From Balanoglossus misakiensis (taxonomy: Eukaryota; Animalia; Hemichordata), in assembly GCA_040954595.2 (NCBI GenBank), contig CM082583.2, positions 6,074,849-6,138,848 of the forward strand: 64,000 bases of DNA, written 5' to 3'. Within the stretch, counting starts at the first letter, position 1. The number at the start of each line of letters is the position of its first letter. The notes under the pieces were generated by a model, which was given only the letters and a program-made list of their open reading frames with translations, was not told the DNA's origin and searched no databases. Shown here in pieces: positions 43,748 to 55,350 of the stretch. The translations under genes and the position numbers were made by a program.

Positions 43748-46650
43748 TTAACAATATTCAGAGACAGACAAGCGCGATTAAAGTTATGTGTACACCGTAA
43801 CAGATCGAGACGGATACTCCCCGAGTGACGAGAGAAACATTTATGGTATTTGGAATCGCCGCCAGCGACTGTGTAAATCGGGACTACTTACGGACACACC
43901 GAAAGAGAATCGCTGATTGCTCTTAAATTTCTCAGATGTGACTGCAATAGTGAGGATGTTATATCGCCTCGTTAACACAACGTTGCATTGTTCTGTAAAA
44001 ACGTTGGCGGTAGGTGTCGTGTCATGGAGCACTTCAGGTGTAGTTTTGTTGTTTCTGCTGACGAGTAACTATTGTAACGTTCCCACTTCGCCCTTGTACC
44101 ATACATCACACTACTGCGCACTTTTGTTGTTCGTGGGACCTGATCAGGCCATGATCATGGCTGTTCACACTCGACGCGTACCCATCTCACTCCTGTTCAA
44201 CCTCTCTCTGTCAAAGTTTTACTCACTTTGGATTCTTTTAAATGTTTTAGCGCAAACTTTAGTCGCGTTTCACATTTAAACTATCTTCGGGGAAATCTAG
44301 TCACTGAGCAGATCCGATTGCTTATTTTTTTTCGCGGTATACCAACTTAATTCCATCTGCATGCATGAAAGATTGATTGATATCACGGGTGACGTAACCA
44401 GACCGTTCTGATGATGACAACTTAATAGTTCATCGGGCGGGTTCATCTTATTGCCGCAAACGCGAAAGGAATTCATAATTCATTCAAAAATATCGATCTT
44501 GCCGGCAATCTATATAAAACACGTCTGCCACCTTATACCGTGACCCGTTTCCAATTGAAAAATAACACCGTACACTGCATTTACCTCTTATAATATGACG
44601 GTTTTTGCTTTCATAAAGGAAACATAGAAACCAAATTGAATAGAGTACATTGGATGCCTTCGTTTAAGAGAATAACCGGCATACAAATATTAGCGCTATG
44701 CGTCCGCCGCTAACAGAATTGACAACTATAATGAGATGTCTAAAATACGTCTGGATGATTTTATCTTGTAATTGACTGTCTTATTTTTTTACATTTCGGG
44801 AGGAATTTGAGGATGGTAGTCTAATCTCGAGCTAGAAATGTGATTTTGAAATTTTATATAATTTTAGTCAGACAGTGAATGTTATTTGCGAAACTCAATT
44901 GCTGACATATTCAACTATTTGGGAGGTATATTTTGCACGATTCTGACTGACTTGCAAGTCTCCTATCTAACCGTCGGCATAAAATGAACCCCCTCTATTA
45001 ATATAATCGGTGACCCAGTTTCGCTGAATAGGAAACAACCCGAATCATGTGCCACTATATTGATATTGTTTGTGTTCTTCCCACACTGCAAATATCCCTA
45101 GTACTTTGAAGTTCAATGTTTGTGACGGGCTGTTGACAATGCTCCACTTGGTTCAATATAAGGGGTTACGGTCCAATACTGACTCCACTGCATTTAAGTT
45201 CAAGTGAACGCATGAACAAATTCTCAATAAATGCTAATCAAATTCCACATTAAGTGTAATAATCCTAGTAGCCTCCACGGACAATCGCCCAAAAATAAAG
45301 CGTCACATTACACGCTTTGTGAAAAACGCGAGGGAAAAAAATAAAAATGACACGTCATTATGTAGGTGTCAATCACTGCAGAAAAATCGTTATTTAATAG
45401 TGCAAGGTTTAAAAGGTTTCAGGCGTTGTGTGTTTGAATTGTAACTTTCGTCTTTTGAGAACTGATCAAATATGAAACTTTCTTATACAATGTATTTCTG
45501 CAAATTAATACTGCGATGTAATGCAGGAATATTTAAATATATTGGCACCTAGTTTTTGTAGACCAACTGCTGTGTTCACGAGACTTTAACGCGGTCGTTG
45601 ATACTTGTATATGATTAAGAGCCACCATACGGGAGTTCAAGTCTTAATATTTCTTCCATCGCCCACCATAAATTGTGCGTCCGAATAAGCGACTTTCAGG
45701 CAATAGCTGAGCGACGTTCTCACAGCTTGAGAGATCTTACCGACATAATATATTTTCTGCGATCATCTTTTTAAGCTGCCGACAGGCAATTTCAGCTCCC
45801 GTGTCGACAGAGACGCCTGGCATTTCCCCAAATAAATGAGACAAAGTCGTTATATATTTTTTTTGTGGGTTTTTTGGTCTTCTAATGTGTGCTACGTCAA
45901 ATTAACGTTCTTTTCTTCAAATAGGTCAGAGTTGAACTCGTTGGATTAGCTTCACGGTGTGCCTGATACAACATATCCCTCCCGTACTTACTATGATGCA
46001 ATAGACCATTTCCCGAACTCCACGAGACCCCGTGAGATCTCGCGTGGGGAGGCAGTTTATATGGGAGATGAAATACGAAGATATTTTTTCCATTTAACAG
46101 ATAGCGCCATTGATTAATTACACAGATTACGGTACAACTGATCAATGACACTTGTTCTCAAGTGTATCACATTCCTTCGAAAAGCCCAATCCATATACAC
46201 ATGTACATGTACAGTCGAAAGGTCAGTAGCGATGCCATGAATCTTTTCTGCAGTTACATTTTACTGTCGCCGTTGGATAGTTTACATGTTCATGGCGTAA
46301 TAATGTAGCAATAGTTGCTGGACATGACTTATTTCTCCATTCAAGCGAGTGGACAAAAAATCTCCGACAACGGGGCTCTTCGTAATTATGAAGCTTCATT
46401 TCGCATTTCGGTGTGCGTTGTAGCAGAAACGACACTTTCCTTTGACAAAACTCGTCTGATTAGATTTTAATCGGTCGTTTAATGTCACTGGAAGAGTCCA
46501 TCGAAAGAGCAGTTCGGGGTGACGTCACAGAGTTAATCTCAGCTCCAAGCTCTACTGCAATATTACTCAAACCGACTCATCAAGCAACACTGAAAGACGC
46601 GGCACCAAAAAAATGCTTCAGTACATGACGCCAAGTTTTGTCAACCATGC

Positions 46651-46722
<72 letters not shown>

Positions 46723-46800
46723 GGATGAGGATGAGGACGAGGACGAGGACGAGGGGGGATGTCAATGATGATGATGATGCTAAAGATGATGACGATGATG
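46651..46800 (+). repeat. (GAT)n microsatellite grading into GAGGAT/GAGGAC units
   Basis: Direct reading. It produces the poly-Ile pseudo-ORF on the minus strand. Confidence 0.95.
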
Positions 46801-49228
46801 CGGCTGATATACCCTAGAGAGCTACCTCACAACTGTAACAATTCGTGACATCGTAAACATGCACTACAAAAAACAACCTTAAGCGAAAAATATCAATTAA
46901 GCGTTCGAACACGCGTACATTACAAAGCATTTTAATTTGTCTACGGTGTTCACTTATACACGAACTGGTCTCATTTCTCTGTGTTTTTATCGAAAGAGGT
47001 TGTTTTGCTCTGCAAAACGATATATTAATTTCTTGTTTATGCGGCTTTCCTTCTTCGTGTGTAGACACATTGGCGATTTAATATCCGCAAGATACGAGGC
47101 AAAGCCTACATTTCCAGCACAAACACCGAAATCAATCTGTAGTCGACAAGCAGCTAATTGTTGGTTTTCTCTTTATTGCCACGCATCAAAGTTTAGTGTA
47201 ACAATTCATAATACGGGCGCTCTTATTTTCGAATGAAACACAGTACGTGTATCCATTCATATATATATTGACGTGGTTATTGGACACCGTGTTTGAACTC
47301 GCGTGTTTCAAAGGGCAAAATTTCAGCGCGCTGGAAAATGGAAACATTAGCGTCTCTGTTTATGGCTTCGATTTCGCAAAGGTCTTTTTTTTCCACCGCG
47401 CTGCTGCGGCGGTTTACTTAAATATTAACTTAAGACATTCATTTGGGGGCAGGAAAAGACCCTTATGAGAAAATATCGACGGCGCCACTCACGAGGAATC
47501 GTGAATGCCGTTGACTTTGATCAACTTTGATGCATTAATTCTGAGGAGAGTAATTCACAGCGGCAGACAGCTGGCTTTTGCCGGATTCTCCGCGAGAGAT
47601 TCGTTTCTGTGACAAATTGAAGATATATCAGAAAGGTTCCAGTAATTACAACGGGAATCGAGACAAGCGAACTTGTTAAAACCAGGACAAAAACGGTTTA
47701 TGACTGATATACTGTCTGTAAACAGAGAGCTTTGTCAGCGAGAGTCGAAGCTATGTCAGTAATGCTGCGTGTGTACACATGTATGCCCGCTGTCTAACCA
47801 AACATTTCAAACATCTGGTCATCGCGGTTTCATCTGTCTTATCTCGTCGCACAGCGTAAAACCGGTAGCTGTCACGAGGGTTGTCTTTCTACCTTGTAGA
47901 TTAGTGAACCTCATCCAGTCGCTCGAACTTTCACGTCCACCAATTATGCAGGAATTGTGCGCCTAATATTTATCATCGCCAAGGTTACAAAAGGACGGGT
48001 AAACACCATCCACACGACGCCGTCCTAAAATCTTGAAGGGGATTTAGTTTCATTATGGAGATGTCATACTCGTGATTGGTGTGCCTGAAAAAAGACACGC
48101 GTATATAAGAACGCCATTATGAATTATGGCAACTGTCATTGATAGTAAAAGTGGAAGCAATACTATTCGCCCATATGCGAGGCTGCCACTATCAATGTAG
48201 TGCGCCACTACAAGAGATCATGTATGTTGCAAATATCATTCAAAGATTACGGTTGGTTTAAAAAGCCCACCTGTGACCAGTGGTATTACCGGCGAGTACA
48301 GTCGTCTCCTTCCTGTAGATATAATCACTCTTTTAGCCTATAGCTATTCTCACAGTTGTCGGATTACAGATAAAAACCTGCGACGGCAAGGAAAACTTTG
48401 TGCAAATACTAATAAATATTGATATTAGTAGAATCAACATATTATAACACATATACAATATTCATCCTTACATACATCTATACAATTATTTCATCCTAGA
48501 AGTCAATGCTACTCAGATCGAGCCGTGACTATATAGCTATTTTAGCATACCCGTTAACTTAATGATGAAGAGATCTCGTTAGCATGACGTCAGGGTCCGC
48601 TCAGGCCTATCAAGAACATTTGACACCAGACTAGATCAATACTCGTTTCGACTTCAATTCTCATTTGCTTTTCTCCCATCCTTTTGGCCCCTTACACTTG
48701 CACTCACGCCACCCGAGCGTCGGAGCCATCGAGTGCGTTCTCACCGCCGCTGGATGTGAGTATTCGCTCCGCTCCACCGACGTACCCATTACAGGGCAAG
48801 TATTTCATTATCTAGTTGACCCCGGGTGAGGTCATTCACAGGTATTCAGTGTGAACGACAAATCGATGCCGCGCTAACAAAAATCCATCGCGGCGATAGC
48901 TTTCACGGTAGGTACACATTGTCGTGTTTTTTTGTTGTTGACACTGTGATGTAGAATTATTGAAATGTGTTTCAAATAGCCAGTTATGGAAGTTTAACCT
49001 TGATTCGTGAATGAAAACATGTTTTTTCGGGGAAAAAAACCACGCACTTGTGCGGCATCCGCTGAAATCGGCGTTTTAATTGTGTGCTCGATTTGTTTCC
49101 GTGATTAGCACGTGTTTTACGCTCCGCAAATGACATTGTCAATTGATACTTAGATTGCAGTTAGATTGGGCGATAGTGCAACCAATAGTTTACTGCATTT
49201 CATTAAACCCTCGCCATTCATTGACATG

Positions 49229-49253
49229 CCTGACAGCGTTGCTTATTTTACAG
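49229..49253 (+). other. Candidate branch point and 3' splice acceptor for the GPCR coding exon
   Basis: cctgac (49229-49234) followed by gcttattttacAG (AG at 49252-49253), 249 nt upstream of the ATG. A candidate donor GTGAGT lies at 48756. Sequence consensus only. Confidence 0.4.
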
Positions 49254-49502
49254 TCACGTCGGTCCGCCGCTCGCGTCGAGTTGTTATAAAACCAACGCCG
49301 ATGGTGAAACCCGTGTATACGTTCAGTCAAAAAAGTCAGCTGTGGTAAACAGGAGCCAGTGTTAATTCACCGGGGCACCGAACCCAGCCCGCCGCAAAAG
49401 GGTACTCCGAATGTTCGAATTTTGAACTGAAGTAAGTGATGACGTCACCACCGGCGCCCACCATTGCATTTTAAAAGCTTCGGCTGTGTATGGGGAAGCG
49501 CC

Positions 49503-50816
49503 ATGGCGCTAGAGGACGAGCGAGGCGGCGATGCAACTTCATCCCTGATGTCTTATGCTGTGGCGAGCGGGGACAGAACTCACCAGGAACTTGTGATTTA
49601 CGCGAATATGACATCGAAGGCGATGTTCGACTCGGATATTTCATTTCACTACAACGGAACGTCGGCCAACGAAACTGTGCTGGGTGGATCTCCCTGGCCG
49701 TTGTGGGTGCGTTCTTTTGTCGTGCCGGTTTTCTTTGGGATTGTTTGTATGGTGGGAATCCTAGGCAACAGCGTGGTCATTGCCGTTCTCCTCCGCTTCA
49801 CGAATATGCGGACGGTTCCCAACATCTACATCCTGAACCTGGCCTTCGCCGATCTTCTGTTTATGTTCAGCATCCCGTTTCTGGCTTACCAGTACGCCAG
49901 CTCGAACTGGATCTTTGGCAAGGTGCTCTGCAAAATCGTCTTCGCCGTCGACGGCATGAACATGTTCACCGGGATTTTTATTCTGACTGCGATGAGCATT
50001 GACAGATACTTCGCCATTGTGCACGGCATAACGTCCATCAAATACAGGACGGTGAAAAACGCTCGCATTGTGAACTGCTGTCTGTGGTGCCTGTCCGTCC
50101 TGGTGACGCTGCCGCTGTGGATGTACTCGACGACCGTCAGAAAAGCGCCCGACAGAGTCCAGTGTGACGTCGACTGGCCGGAGAAGTCGATCGCCACCTA
50201 CTTCACGGTATTCACCTTTGTTCTGGGTTTCGCGCTGCCGGTCATCATTATATCGGGTTGCTACCTCCGCCTGGTGTTCTACATCGTGCACTCCCAGGGT
50301 CCCCAGTCGGAGAACCCGCGGAAAGCGGCCGGTTCGCGGAGAGTCGCGCTGCTGGTGATCACGGTGGTCGCCATCTTCGTCATATGTTGGCTGCCGTTCT
50401 ATGTGATTCAGTTTGTGCTGGCCCGTGTCGACCCGCGGGACATCACTCTCGGGATATACATCACCTACTACGTGAGCCTCTGTTTGGGCTACGCCAACAG
50501 CTCCCTGAACCCTCTAGTGTACACCTTCGCGGGTGAAAATTTTAGGAAAAACCTCCTCAAGATATGCCGCCGCCACAAGCGTCGGAAAATTCGGCGGGGC
50601 CGTCACCGTGTGGTAAGAAAGGGGATATTAAAGAAAGCGTCTCGAATGAATCATTCGTCATTGGTCAATTTTTCCGCCAATGACACTGTCAAATACGAAC
50701 ATAAGTTGGGCACTTCTATTGAAATGGACACCACAACAGCAACAAATACAATAACAACAACAACAGATTCGTGCCATTACACTCTCTATCATGATACTGT
50801 AACCGATACAAATTGA
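49503..50816 (+). CDS. Rhodopsin-family (class A) GPCR, somatostatin / allatostatin-C receptor-like, 437 aa, intronless CDS
   Basis: Only long ORF in the window. The track's 49464 start is a non-ATG codon; the first in-frame ATG is 49503 in strong Kozak context (gccATGG). Seven hydrophobic segments with class A motifs: TM1 GILGN, TM2 NIYILNLAFADL, ECL1-TM3 WIFGKVLCK, TM3 VDGMNMFT...SIDRY, TM6 CWLPF, TM7 YANSSLNPLVY, helix 8 ENFRK. N-terminal N-glycosylation sequons NMT, NGT, NET. The TM3 D-x-x-N-M-F-T and TM2/TM7 wording match SSTR/opioid-type peptide receptors. The CDS is GC-rich relative to its flanks. Confidence 0.93.
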   Translation: MALEDERGGDATSSLMSYAVASGDRTHQELVIYANMTSKAMFDSDISFHYNGTSANETVLGGSPWPLWVRSFVVPVFFGIVCMVGILGNSVVIAVLLRFTNMRTVPNIYILNLAFADLLFMFSIPFLAYQYASSNWIFGKVLCKIVFAVDGMNMFTGIFILTAMSIDRYFAIVHGITSIKYRTVKNARIVNCCLWCLSVLVTLPLWMYSTTVRKAPDRVQCDVDWPEKSIATYFTVFTFVLGFALPVIIISGCYLRLVFYIVHSQGPQSENPRKAAGSRRVALLVITVVAIFVICWLPFYVIQFVLARVDPRDITLGIYITYYVSLCLGYANSSLNPLVYTFAGENFRKNLLKICRRHKRRKIRRGRHRVVRKGILKKASRMNHSSLVNFSANDTVKYEHKLGTSIEMDTTTATNTITTTTDSCHYTLYHDTVTDTN

Positions 50817-51754
50817 AGTTAACAAAATCATCGCTAATGTGTGCAAATCATACAGCTTTGCTAGTTTCCTTACTCTATAACGTTTATTTCTCAAATTCAT
50901 ATTTTTTTTTCAATTGATGTCTTGGATCTGTAGTTATGGCAACATAAGCCTGGGGAATGTAATACTGTGATCATTTATTTAATATTGTCAGGTACAGTCC
51001 TATCCAGGTCAAAGGTCATCGTCGGTTAATGGTATCAAGACTAGGGAGACAGTGGGACGTTCGAGTGCCGCATATCGCTATCAGTATACCGTCGTTGAGT
51101 GAGCTTTCCATCCATCCATCCAAAGCCGATTTCTTTTCACTCGCAAGGATGCGATGGGGTATTAGACCGAGAGATCACTGAGCTTTTTAATATTGTGGGT
51201 TCCTTTTTTTGTTGAATTTCTTGAGCTTCACAAGAAAATGTTTATGCACGTATAGCAACCAGTTGTTTCATTAGGGGGGACTTTAACTACAAGTATTTAT
51301 GATCAAACCGCAACAGTCTTCACTACTCATCATTTCGGCGTTTACACGTTGACTACTAACGACAATCTGCAACTATGTTTTTGGGTTCTTGTTATTTGCG
51401 TTGGGTGAGGTTAGCCAATTTATTGACCTTTGTTAATCATGCCCTATGTATCACAGTGCGGTAATGCGTGATGTAATCGGATTTCGCTCTCTTATGACCT
51501 GGCGACATTTATCTTCATTCGTCCCTCGAAAGGTCATGTACATATATATTTTATAATATTGACATTTGTTGTTATAATGCAATTAAGTAAACTTGTTTAG
51601 TTTCAAATGAAAACATGTTGTCACGCACGATGCGAATTAGTAAGTAAATTGGAAAATAATTCTGTGGCTCGAGTAATCCTGATTTAATTAAACTCTGCTT
51701 ACTGCAAGTTTTTAGTTTCCATATAATGTGGCTTTAGAGGTTTGGGTATTTTTT

Positions 51755-51760
51755 AATAAA
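51755..51760 (+). terminator. Candidate polyadenylation signal of the GPCR transcript
   Basis: AATAAA about 940 nt after the stop within an AT-rich 3' region. An alternative AATAAA lies at 51840-51845. Confidence 0.3.
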
Positions 51761-52899
51761 TACGTTTCGTACATGAATCGAATTTGAAATGTAAGACCAT
51801 TTTACCCATCTCATGCTCGTGTTTAACGACAGTCTTGCTAATAAATGATTTGGGACCTTGATTAAGAACGGTCTCATCCCGTGATACATTATCTTTCCTT
51901 GTTATTTATATTCGGTAGTGTCTAAGTGAAAGCCAGATATCAAAATCTAACATAAATTTCACACAGGGTCTTGCGATAAGACTTGCTTGGAAACATTGCA
52001 CGTATACGTGCAAGGAAACCAATGTCGTGAACACGAGGATTAGTTGCTGCCGCTTGCACATGCGCATCATCGTCTCAACCATTTCCCGAGTTCATCATTT
52101 ACGAGTCGGCTCTTGCAACAATAGGGTAAGGTGTCGCAAAACGTCTCTAATTTGCCTCAATTTCCGAAGAGTAATGTCGAGTTTCTCTGAGCTGCCTCGC
52201 GGACAGCTAGCTAACATACTGGCGTTCTCTTTTCGGCTCGAGGAAAACACAATCTTTTTGTAGACGATTCCCACTGCCGAACAACATTTAAGAAAATGTG
52301 GTTGAATGTGCTATTTATCGGGCAGTGACCTGCACATACAAATCCATCTCAATCATACCGATGAAAATGACATTTGTATCCGCCAAGAGACATAGTTTCG
52401 CAAAATTATACCTCGGATTAGCATACCATCATGATTCCGTGGAATTATCAACACAGCGGAGTCTTTCAATGGTAAAGCTGCTTCGTCTTCGATATTTTCA
52501 TGTACTGTCCCACATAAGATGTTTCGACGGTATTAGTCCCGATATTGAATGAATTCAATAAACAGACGTGATGTCACCATACTTACAGGGTTAACGAGGT
52601 CGGAGATAATTTTTCCGAGAGTTCTGATACATCGATACACTAATCGGGTCATACCAATTGCCATCAGTTACTGAAATGGTTCTTTGTTTCAGTAAGATCA
52701 CAAAAAGGGGCCGAAAAAATAATTACTAAACATCAAAAGAGAACTGATTTCGGTTGGCTCACGTCGACATACATTGTATGTTCGTGATGTAAACCAGATA
52801 TGAACTGAATATGCTCACGTCTACACTGAAATTGTGCTGAAAGCATTCTCTAGCAAAGTGTCCCTAAATGCAGGTTAGTACATACGTAAACAATATTTA

Positions 52900-53368
52900 T
52901 AAAACGTTTCATTGAATTCAGTGCAGGATCTGGTGCTAATTTGTTAAATATGTAAATTGGCCGTCCTTTAACCTGACACTGTTAAATGTCCCATAACGCA
53001 AGAATGTCTCTGACAGATCATTTATATTTGTAGTATGTGTCGTCACATTGCTGCTATAATTTTCATCAGTAATAACAGAAGTTTATTAAATATGCAAATA
53101 AGCAAATAATTGTCATGACCTTGTGGGATTACTATCTGTTGAACATTTCATTGAGTCTGGCGCAGTAATTCCTTGTATATGACAATGCTGCCATTAGTGC
53201 TCTCCATAGACAACCATTATCAGAAAAATTCCGACCTTTAATAGCACTTTACTTGAATCTGTTGAACCATTCTAGAGATATCGTGTTAACAGACGGACGG
53301 ACAGACAGACAGAAAGACATTGGTATATACGTATGACATTAGCTCACGTGTGTGAAAACGTGAACTAA
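52900..53368 (+). mobile_element. Probable non-autonomous Helitron/Helentron-associated (DINE-1/pearl-like) relic
   Basis: Internal repeated motifs (tttcattga at ~52906 and ~53146; ttaaatatg(t/c)aaat at ~52944 and ~53086), then a GACG/GACA microsatellite (53289-53319), then a 3' stem-loop ttagctcacgt...acgtgaactaa (53339-53368). This order is typical of such elements. The 5' end is not defined. Confidence 0.4.
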
Positions 53369-54919
53369 GTTGAACCTAACGCCTAACTCTTTATACCGGT
53401 CCATGGCTGGCTCAGTTTTCTTTTCGGAACTGGCGCCTTCATGCCCAATCATAACGGAAACGCGTTGACTATAATGGCACGGCTACTTCTGAAGAGACAC
53501 GGCTACTTTCGAAAATATATCCACGAAATTGTAGACGAAGCCGTCCTTTGTTGTGAGCAATATTTTTTCTTAATACTTAATCTACTTCAAGCACAACGAC
53601 TTACAATTCAATTCGAGTAACAGATTAGTGTTGTTATACAGAGGCATGCACTGTCCTTGAGTTTATCCGCCAAAAGAAAAAAATCTTAACTAGAGATGGA
53701 TAGATTCCAAAAAGGATGTCAACTTTATTCATTTACGACATGTAGTATTATGTTTCTTCAGACATTTATGGCAATACATATACAAAATCCGATACCGCAC
53801 CTGCTCTGCTTGACACATTCTATCAATATATCGTCATGCGGAATTGATTGACGCACACAATGCTACCGTCGTATATACCAGAGCAACAACATTAATGCGG
53901 GTAATAGCGCGTTGGTTTTCAAGGTGTCCAAACGATGCAAGGTTAGAATGTCATAAATAAGCAATATAATTTCGTGATTCGAGCTCGGCACGTTTATCCT
54001 CCGTATATACCGATCGACGCAGCGAGGAAATCAGCGAGCAGAATCACTCAGTCATATCCTGACCACCGAAAAAAAACGACGGTTCAATAACCGAGCTAAG
54101 TCGTTACCATTTTTAAAAGCGCGACCTGTTTTTTTCTCTTGGGCTGCCGAACCGCAGGTTTGAGCGGCTGAACCGACAGGTATGAGATTTATTTGACGCG
54201 GATAGATTTCAAGTAATAAACTTGGTTTCCTGGTTCTCCGCGTCGCTTAATGCGGCGTGGCATCTCAATTGCCATCGAAAAACATCAACCGCGACGTTAA
54301 CGCTGATGACGTGTCTCGAGGCAATCTTCGAACGTATGATGCCGGGACAAAAAAATGTACCTCATTCCATTGCTTTAAATGACTAGCTGACATATGACAT
54401 GACACGTCGAAGGTTTCATTCCACGTCCTTCGAAAGTTTAATTCACATCCGTTCTTGGCAATCACCTTAAGGGTTAATTTCTGTTATTTAACCTTAACGA
54501 GTCACGACCTCCAGGGCAGTCCGCAACCGCCGCAGATTATTCCACTGCTCACCGGACTAAGAGACGGAAAAAGGGCACGAAAATGTTTGTCTCCGAAATG
54601 CAATTTCTCCAAATGGCATGGGTTACCACAGTCTTGCATGTTGACACATATGTGAATACTTTGTAGTGACGTGTTTGTAATTTCTAGTGACGCACTACTC
54701 CACTACGTCACAAATTCGTCTACCCTTAGGGCGTACACGCAACCGGGCATCGTGCTTACACGTCATCGGTGTTCGCGCACGTGGACACGACAAGGTCACT
54801 CAAGCATGAAGACGACGAAAGAATGTACTGTAAATATTACCGTCGTATACTTTTCTCATTTCAGAAAAGTGTAAAAAACTTCCGCAATCAAAGTAATACA
54901 CGCTATTTGTATTGTTACG

Positions 54920-55065
54920 ACACACCTTGTTTAGTTGCTTGGTCGAGAGAGGGGTAGCTTTTCTTTGCATAACAAAAGGCCCTGCCTTTTCAACACACCT
55001 TGTTTAGTTGCTTGGTCGAGAGAGGGATAGCTTTTCTTTGCATAACAAAGGGCCCTGCCTTTTCA
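54920..55065 (+). repeat. 73-bp tandem duplication inside the LTR
   Basis: Units start at 54920 and 54993 and differ at two positions by my reading. Confidence 0.9.
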
Positions 55066-55221
55066 ACTAGTTCATTTAAATATTAGTAATAACCAGATGG
55101 TCACCCATATAAAAGGCCTTCTCACAAAAACCACGAGGCACACTTCTCAACACTGACTCGGAGGAGCACGTAGCTCCAGCTCCACATCGCCTTGGGAATT
55201 AGGAATTTACCTAGCTGGGCT

Positions 55222-55350
55222 GGACTCTGTGAGCAACCGACTTCATGAGCAACGGATTTTGTGTGAGCAACGGACTTTGTGTGAGCAACTGACTTCTGTG
55301 AGCAACTGGCTTCTGTGAATGACGGACTTGGTCAGCAACGGACTTCTGTG
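55222..55350 (+). repeat. ~17-bp minisatellite (gagcaacggacttctgt-like), about 7 diverged units, inside the LTR
   Basis: Direct reading of recurring gagcaac..gactt.tgt units. Confidence 0.8.

Noticed and set aside
46625-46817. Apparent acidic poly-Asp/Glu coding tract starting at ATG 46625
   Set aside because: The frame breaks at the G-run near 46751-46758 and hits TGA; better explained as microsatellite decay.
49285-49328. TATAAAA (49285) plus Inr-like TCAGTC (49323) as the GPCR core promoter
   Set aside because: Spacing is about 40 bp rather than about 30, so it is not supportable without TSS data.
49490-50900. Overlapping and antisense ORFs within the GPCR (49490-50002, 49761-50291, 49886-50197, 50258-50536 and others)
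   Set aside because: Expected by-products of GC-rich codon usage in the real CDS; no recognisable domains.
53478-53516. CTGAAGA...GAAA resembling a hammerhead ribozyme core
   Set aside because: Stems I-III cannot be formed convincingly; it is just an 11-bp direct repeat (cacggctactt).
55222-55350. Short repeated units superficially like a CRISPR array
   Set aside because: Units are contiguous and degenerate, lack unique spacers, sit inside an LTR, and there are no cas genes in this eukaryotic DNA.
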